Under the pieces are notes generated by a model that was given only the letters and a program-made list of their open reading frames with translations, was not told the DNA's origin and ran no database searches. Below are positions 8,252-12,483 of a DNA stretch of 12,483 nucleotides, one piece after another. Each line of letters opens with the position of its first letter. Position 1 is the stretch's first letter. The stretch is from assembly GCA_001775995.1 (NCBI GenBank), contig MEZH01000008.1:2394-14876 (forward strand). The letters are read 5' to 3'. Made by a program: the position numbers and the translations under genes. The stretch is from Candidatus Bathyarchaeota archaeon RBG_16_48_13 (GTDB lineage: Archaea; Thermoproteota; Bathyarchaeia; RBG-16-48-13).

Positions 8252-9268
8252 TTGGTAGTAGAGTGGGATGCCTCTCTGCCGCATTTGAAGAGACTCATGG
8301 GGTTCATCGATAAAACCAGAGCAAGAAGCATTCTCTTTGCATGCCACCAAAACGCTGATCCAGATGCATTGTGCTCAGCTTACGTTGTCTCCAAGGTTTT
8401 GAATAGGATCAACCCTCGATTGAGGATCAGTATTGGGGCCCCGGGAGGCGCGAGTAAGATTTCCAAGGGCATCATTGAAGAAATCCCGATTAGACTCGAT
8501 GACATGCAACACTTGGAAAAAATGGACCTATTCGTACTATTCGACACTAACACGATTCAACAGCTTGGAGAGCTGGGTAAACGTATTCTAGAGACCGGGA
8601 AACAGATAGCAATTATAGATCATCATGCTGCCAGCCCAACAATGAAAGAAGTCGCCCAATTGAGAATCGTCAGCGAGAAATCCAGATCAACCTGCGAATT
8701 AGTCTACAACCTGATCGAGAAAGACAGGATCTCGTTATCAAGAAAAGAAGCTCTCTGTCTCTTCATGGGAATGGCCTACGACACTCGCCATTTTGCCATA
8801 GCAAGCGCAGAGTCATTCAGGGTCGCAGCAAAATTGGTTGAAGCAGGGGTTGATCCGGAAAAGGTGATGAGGACATTATCCATGCCCCTGGAACGTTCAG
8901 AGAGGGTGGCCAGGTTGAAAACCGCTCAGCGAACTAGGATAATGGACTTCAAGGGTTGGATAATAGTCTTCTCCAGAGTCAGTTCCCATCAGGCCTCCTC
9001 GGCGCGCGGTTTGCTTTCTCTAGGAGCTGATGTTGCTGTTGTAGGAGGAGAGAGTGACAGTTCCCTAAGAGCTAGTATTAGAGCTTCCAATGATTTTCTG
9101 GACAGGACAGGTATCCACCTCGGAAGGGATCTGGCTCAGCCCTTGGGCGAGGCAATCGGGGGGGCGGGAGGCGGTCATAGAGGCGCAGCAGGCATTAACG
9201 GCGGCAAGAATCTGGAACGATTCTTCACAGAATGCAAAAAGATCTTGGCTAAAAAGTTAAATCAGTGA
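8252..9268 (+). CDS. DHH/DHHA1-family phosphoesterase (NrnA-like nanoRNase/pAp phosphatase); start uncertain (TTG 8252 or ATG 8297)
   Basis: Motifs HQNADPDA, LFDT, IDHH and YDT..F, plus the DHHA1 motif GGGHRGAAG. Confidence 0.9.
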   Translation: MVVEWDASLPHLKRLMGFIDKTRARSILFACHQNADPDALCSAYVVSKVLNRINPRLRISIGAPGGASKISKGIIEEIPIRLDDMQHLEKMDLFVLFDTNTIQQLGELGKRILETGKQIAIIDHHAASPTMKEVAQLRIVSEKSRSTCELVYNLIEKDRISLSRKEALCLFMGMAYDTRHFAIASAESFRVAAKLVEAGVDPEKVMRTLSMPLERSERVARLKTAQRTRIMDFKGWIIVFSRVSSHQASSARGLLSLGADVAVVGGESDSSLRASIRASNDFLDRTGIHLGRDLAQPLGEAIGGAGGGHRGAAGINGGKNLERFFTECKKILAKKLNQ

Positions 9269-9272
9269 CTCC

Positions 9273-9280
9273 TTTTTTAT
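9273..9280 (+). terminator. Oligo-T tract, a possible archaeal terminator (could instead be a TATA element for the ECF genes)
   Basis: TTTTTTAT begins 4 nt after the DHH stop codon. Confidence 0.4.
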
Positions 9281-9334
9281 TAGCTACCATTAAGTGGGGA
9301 TTTCTTTTCAAGATTCATACGGGATGGTTCCTCG

Positions 9335-10180
9335 TTGCCCATCATTGATCTCAAGAATGTTACGTATAGATACTTCGACGTCGAGAAGCCAGCTTTGAAA
9401 GATTTGGATTTGGAGATCGATGAAGGCGATTTTGTCATAATAACTGGCCCCAGTGGATGCGGAAAGACCACCATATGTCGTTGTTTCAACGGGTTGATCC
9501 CTCATTTCTACAATGGCGAACTCTCGGGCAAAATTGTTGTAGCTGGGTTGGACGTTAAAGAGACCCAAACCAGCGTTCTATCACAACATGTCGGCTTCGT
9601 TTTTCAGAATCCTGAGAATCAACTTTTCGCCCTTTCGGTGGAGAAAGACGTTGCTTTTAGTCTGGAGAACATCGGCCTAGCCAGAGAAGAAATTGTTGAA
9701 AGAGTAGAATGGGCTCTGGAGATGACCGGGATAATCGAACTGAGAGAGAAAGCTCCATACGAATTATCGGGTGGCCAACAACAGAGAGTTGCAATCGCGT
9801 CGGTCCTGGCAATGAAACCCGAAGTGGTTGTCCTGGATGAGCCTACATCCTTTCTTGACCCTCTCTCAGCCAAGAGAATCTTTGAGGTCATCAGCAGCTT
9901 GAACAAGGATCTGGGTATCACGGTGGTCCTGGTGGAACATCGCTTAGACCTTGCCTCTGAATATGCCAATGAAGCCGTTGTTATGGATGAGGGAAAAGTG
10001 AGTTTCGTCGGAACGCCAAGAGACGTTTTCAATGACAGGGATGTATGGGCTCTAGGGGTTGGGATACCAAAAGTCACTAGACTTGGTCATTACTTGAAGG
10101 AAAGAGGCATAGATTTGGGGGGGGTTGCGTTAACCCCAAGCGAAGCAGCCGACTTGATAAGGGGGTATATGAACCGTTGA
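9335..10180 (+). CDS. ecfA1: ECF transporter ATPase A (EcfA1/CbiO-like)
   Basis: Walker A GPSGCGKT, FNGLIPHF, Q-loop FQNPENQ, LSGGQQQR, Walker B LDEP and the EHR H-loop; TTG start. Confidence 0.93.
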   Translation: MPIIDLKNVTYRYFDVEKPALKDLDLEIDEGDFVIITGPSGCGKTTICRCFNGLIPHFYNGELSGKIVVAGLDVKETQTSVLSQHVGFVFQNPENQLFALSVEKDVAFSLENIGLAREEIVERVEWALEMTGIIELREKAPYELSGGQQQRVAIASVLAMKPEVVVLDEPTSFLDPLSAKRIFEVISSLNKDLGITVVLVEHRLDLASEYANEAVVMDEGKVSFVGTPRDVFNDRDVWALGVGIPKVTRLGHYLKERGIDLGGVALTPSEAADLIRGYMNR

Positions 10181-11001
10181 TAGAAACCCACGATGTCTAC
10201 TATACCTATCCAAACGGCTTTGAAGCCTTGAAGGGGGTTTCACTCGCGATAGAAACTGGAGAATTTGTTGCCATCATGGGAGAGAATGGAGCGGGGAAAA
10301 CTACCCTCATAAAACACTTCAATGGGCTCATGAAACCTACGAGAGGTTCAGTTGTGGTAGATGGAAGAGACACCAAGAAGGTCACAGTTGCCACGCTTTC
10401 AAGAGACGTGGGGCTGGTGTTTCAGAATCCTGATCACCAGCTCTTCTCGGAGACAGTTGAAGACGAAATAGCTTTCGGCCTCAGAAACTTCGGTTTTGAC
10501 GATAAGACCATTGAGAGGAGAGTTGATTGGGCATTAAATCTGCTCAACATATCCCAATACAGAACAACATCGCCGTTCATTCTGAGCGGAGGGGAAAGGA
10601 AAAGGGTCGCTCTCTCCTCGGTGCTGTCATGGGACCCCAAGATCGTGGTTTTGGATGAACCAACGATAGGCCAAGATTATCTGCAGAAGGAGAGACTAAG
10701 GCAGTTCATAATGCAGTTGAACACCCAAGGGAAGACTGTGGTCATAGTCACACATGATGTGGAGTTTGTGGCAGATTGCAAACCTAGAGTCGTCTTGATG
10801 TCCAAAGGAAGATTATTGGCTGATGGTTCATCCGAGAAGATCTTGACAGATGACAAACTCCTAGAAGAGGCATCTATAATCCCACCTCAAGTTGCCCAAC
10901 TCTTTTGGCAACTCAAATTCAACAACGCAGGCAGAGAAATTATCGATGTTTATGAGGCAGCGGAAATCTTGGCTCGTGAGATTAGGGAGAGAATGAATTG
11001 A
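10177..11001 (+). CDS. ecfA2: ECF transporter ATPase A' (EcfA2)
   Basis: GENGAGKT, FQNPDHQLF.ETV, LSGGERKR, LDEPT.GQD and VTHD; TTG start with a TTGA overlap. Confidence 0.93.
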   Translation: MIETHDVYYTYPNGFEALKGVSLAIETGEFVAIMGENGAGKTTLIKHFNGLMKPTRGSVVVDGRDTKKVTVATLSRDVGLVFQNPDHQLFSETVEDEIAFGLRNFGFDDKTIERRVDWALNLLNISQYRTTSPFILSGGERKRVALSSVLSWDPKIVVLDEPTIGQDYLQKERLRQFIMQLNTQGKTVVIVTHDVEFVADCKPRVVLMSKGRLLADGSSEKILTDDKLLEEASIIPPQVAQLFWQLKFNNAGREIIDVYEAAEILAREIRERMN

Positions 11002-11732
11002 AGAGTCTCGATGGTCTAAGATTCAGAAAGCGAAAGACGCCAATACACAGATTGGATCCACGAGTGAAATTCCTTCTTATATGCGCGATCTTTGCGTTGT
11101 CAATAATATTTGTCGATTTGATGTCTATAACCATCATTTTTCTGGCTTTAGTGCCTTTAGTCCTATTGGCCCAAGTCCAAGGAGAGTGGCTTAGATCCTT
11201 AAGAGCATCGGCACTGTTGGCGGCGTTCATCTTCGTTCTGAATCTAATCTTTGTCAGTGACTTGTACTACGCTCTAGCTATGGCTTTCAGATTTCTTGTA
11301 ATAGTAAGCTCCTTCTCAATCTTCTTTCTCACAACCTCTCCAGACGATCTTGGTTTGGCTTTGGAACAGAGCCATTTCCCTTACGAATTCTCGTTTGCTT
11401 TTACTACAGCCATCCGCTTCGTCCCTGAGCTGGCCAAGGAAGCGCAGATCATCGTCGACGCCCAGCGATCCCGAGGGCTGGAACTTGAGGGGGGAAACAT
11501 CTTGAAGAGGATCAGGAACTACATTCCAATCTTAATTCCTCTGATAGTCAGCGCTATAAGGAGAAGCATGGAACTGGCAGAGGCTATGGAATCGAGATGT
11601 TTCGGAGCAGTTAAGATGAGAACAAGTCTGCACGCATTGAAGATTAGATCAATGGATTATCTGGTCATTCTAATGATTGTACTGGTTCTAGCTGGATCCA
11701 TATACATACGATTTTATATTCATCTACTTTAG
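10998..11732 (+). CDS. ecfT: ECF transporter transmembrane component T
   Basis: IHRLDPRVK N-terminus, hydrophobic helices, TTSPDDL, AIRFVP, and coupling-helix motifs AQRSRG (11460-11477) and AMESRC (11583-11600). Confidence 0.93.
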   Translation: MKSLDGLRFRKRKTPIHRLDPRVKFLLICAIFALSIIFVDLMSITIIFLALVPLVLLAQVQGEWLRSLRASALLAAFIFVLNLIFVSDLYYALAMAFRFLVIVSSFSIFFLTTSPDDLGLALEQSHFPYEFSFAFTTAIRFVPELAKEAQIIVDAQRSRGLELEGGNILKRIRNYIPILIPLIVSAIRRSMELAEAMESRCFGAVKMRTSLHALKIRSMDYLVILMIVLVLAGSIYIRFYIHLL

Positions 11733-11796
11733 AATCTAAATAAATCAACTGGAGATGATGGATCGTGACTTTGCTTCCGGCGTGGAGGGTTAGCAG

Positions 11797-12405
11797 TTGA
11801 CGAAAGAGACATGGTTCACAGATCTAGCGAATAAGATCATTGAGATGATAAAGAAGACGGTTGGCGACTTGGAAATAAAGGAGTTGGAGAAGTTCATACA
11901 ACTTCTGCTCCTGACCAAGGCGAAAGGGAAGAAGGTGGTAGTGATAGGGGCTGGGAGGAGCGGTCTCATAGGAAGAGCCTTCGCCATGAGACTCATGCAC
12001 TTGGGTTTCGATACATATGTTTTCGGTGAGACAATAACCCCGGCTGTAGAGAAGGACGATCTTATAATAGCAATATCGGGATCTGGAAGCACGAAATTGG
12101 TCCTGACATCAGCGGAGCTAGCTAAGGGTATTGGCGCCAAGATATTAGCGATATTGTCGCATGCAGATTCACCCCTGGGAAGACTAGCAAATAATAGAGT
12201 GATCATCAAAGGCAGGACCAAAGCCGTCAGAGAGGAGGACTACTTCTCAAGGCAGATACTCGGGGAACATGAGCCTTTGGCCCCCATGGGAACCCTCTTT
12301 GAAGATTCAACCATGATAGTTTTAGATTCCATTGTCGCGGAGCTGATGCGGAGGCTGGAAACAACAGAGGATGAAATGCAGGCCAGACATGCCCAGACAT
12401 TCTAA
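11797..12405 (+). CDS. hxlB: SIS-domain 6-phospho-3-hexuloisomerase (Phi/HxlB)
   Basis: GAGRSG..G.AFAMRLMHLG, GETITP, ISGSGST, APMGTLFE and C-terminal RH. TTG start after SD GGAGG (11784-11788). Confidence 0.88.
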   Translation: MTKETWFTDLANKIIEMIKKTVGDLEIKELEKFIQLLLLTKAKGKKVVVIGAGRSGLIGRAFAMRLMHLGFDTYVFGETITPAVEKDDLIIAISGSGSTKLVLTSAELAKGIGAKILAILSHADSPLGRLANNRVIIKGRTKAVREEDYFSRQILGEHEPLAPMGTLFEDSTMIVLDSIVAELMRRLETTEDEMQARHAQTF

Positions 12406-12483
12406 AACATCAGAATCAACATATTCTCATCCATATCACCAGTAACTATCTCGTAGATCCAGAATTCTATGTTTATAGACATG
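12402..12483 (-). CDS. Possible 3' end of a convergent gene entering from the right edge
   Basis: One minus-strand frame is open from the edge (..MSINIEFWIYEIVTGDMDENMLILMF*). Its TAG overlaps the phi TAA in CTAA. It is too short to identify. Confidence 0.25.
   Translation of the reverse strand, partial: MSINIEFWIYEIVTGDMDENMLILMF

Noticed and set aside
2935-8331. Minus-strand ORFs over the superoperon, including the 216-aa ORF at 4719-5369 and the 156-aa ORF at 6428-6898
   Set aside because: They lie antisense to well-conserved genes, have Ser/Leu/Phe-rich shadow composition and show no family motifs.
9145-9175. G-rich stretch with G7 (9158-9164), a possible G-quadruplex or slippage site
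   Set aside because: It is explained by the Gly-rich DHHA1 motif (IGGAGGGH).
11583-11600. Second EcfT coupling motif reads SRC instead of the usual ARG/SRG
   Set aside because: The key Arg is retained and the flanking residues are known to vary.
9280-12221. Minus-strand ORFs over ecfA1, ecfA2, ecfT and phi, and the plus-strand ORF at 7489-7869
   Set aside because: They are shadows of stronger genes in other frames.
1-12483. tRNA, rRNA, CRISPR arrays, IS elements, inteins
   Set aside because: Intergenic gaps are at most about 140 nt with no cloverleaf or repeat-spacer pattern. There are no transposase motifs, and protein lengths leave no room for inteins.

Overview
Archaeal housekeeping region. 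The proteins look TACK-like, most probably Bathyarchaeia, which is inferred from remembered sequence similarity and not from a search. The minus strand carries a large Lhr-family SF2 helicase (2766 to <1, at least 922 aa) that runs off the left edge and is absent from the ORF track. Divergent from it on the plus strand is the conserved archaeal proteasome-exosome superoperon: psmA, SBDS, rrp4, rrp41, rrp42, rpl37ae, Brix, pcc1, pfdB and a DHH/DHHA1 phosphoesterase. This is followed by an ECF transporter module (A, A', T) with no S component and a 6-phospho-3-hexuloisomerase-like SIS protein. I found no RNA genes, mobile elements, CRISPR arrays or repeats, and no clearly new system. The most notable points are the Lhr head-to-head with the exosome operon, its degenerate zinc motif, a G8 tract that could fuse the two ECF ATPases, and a run of TTG start codons.
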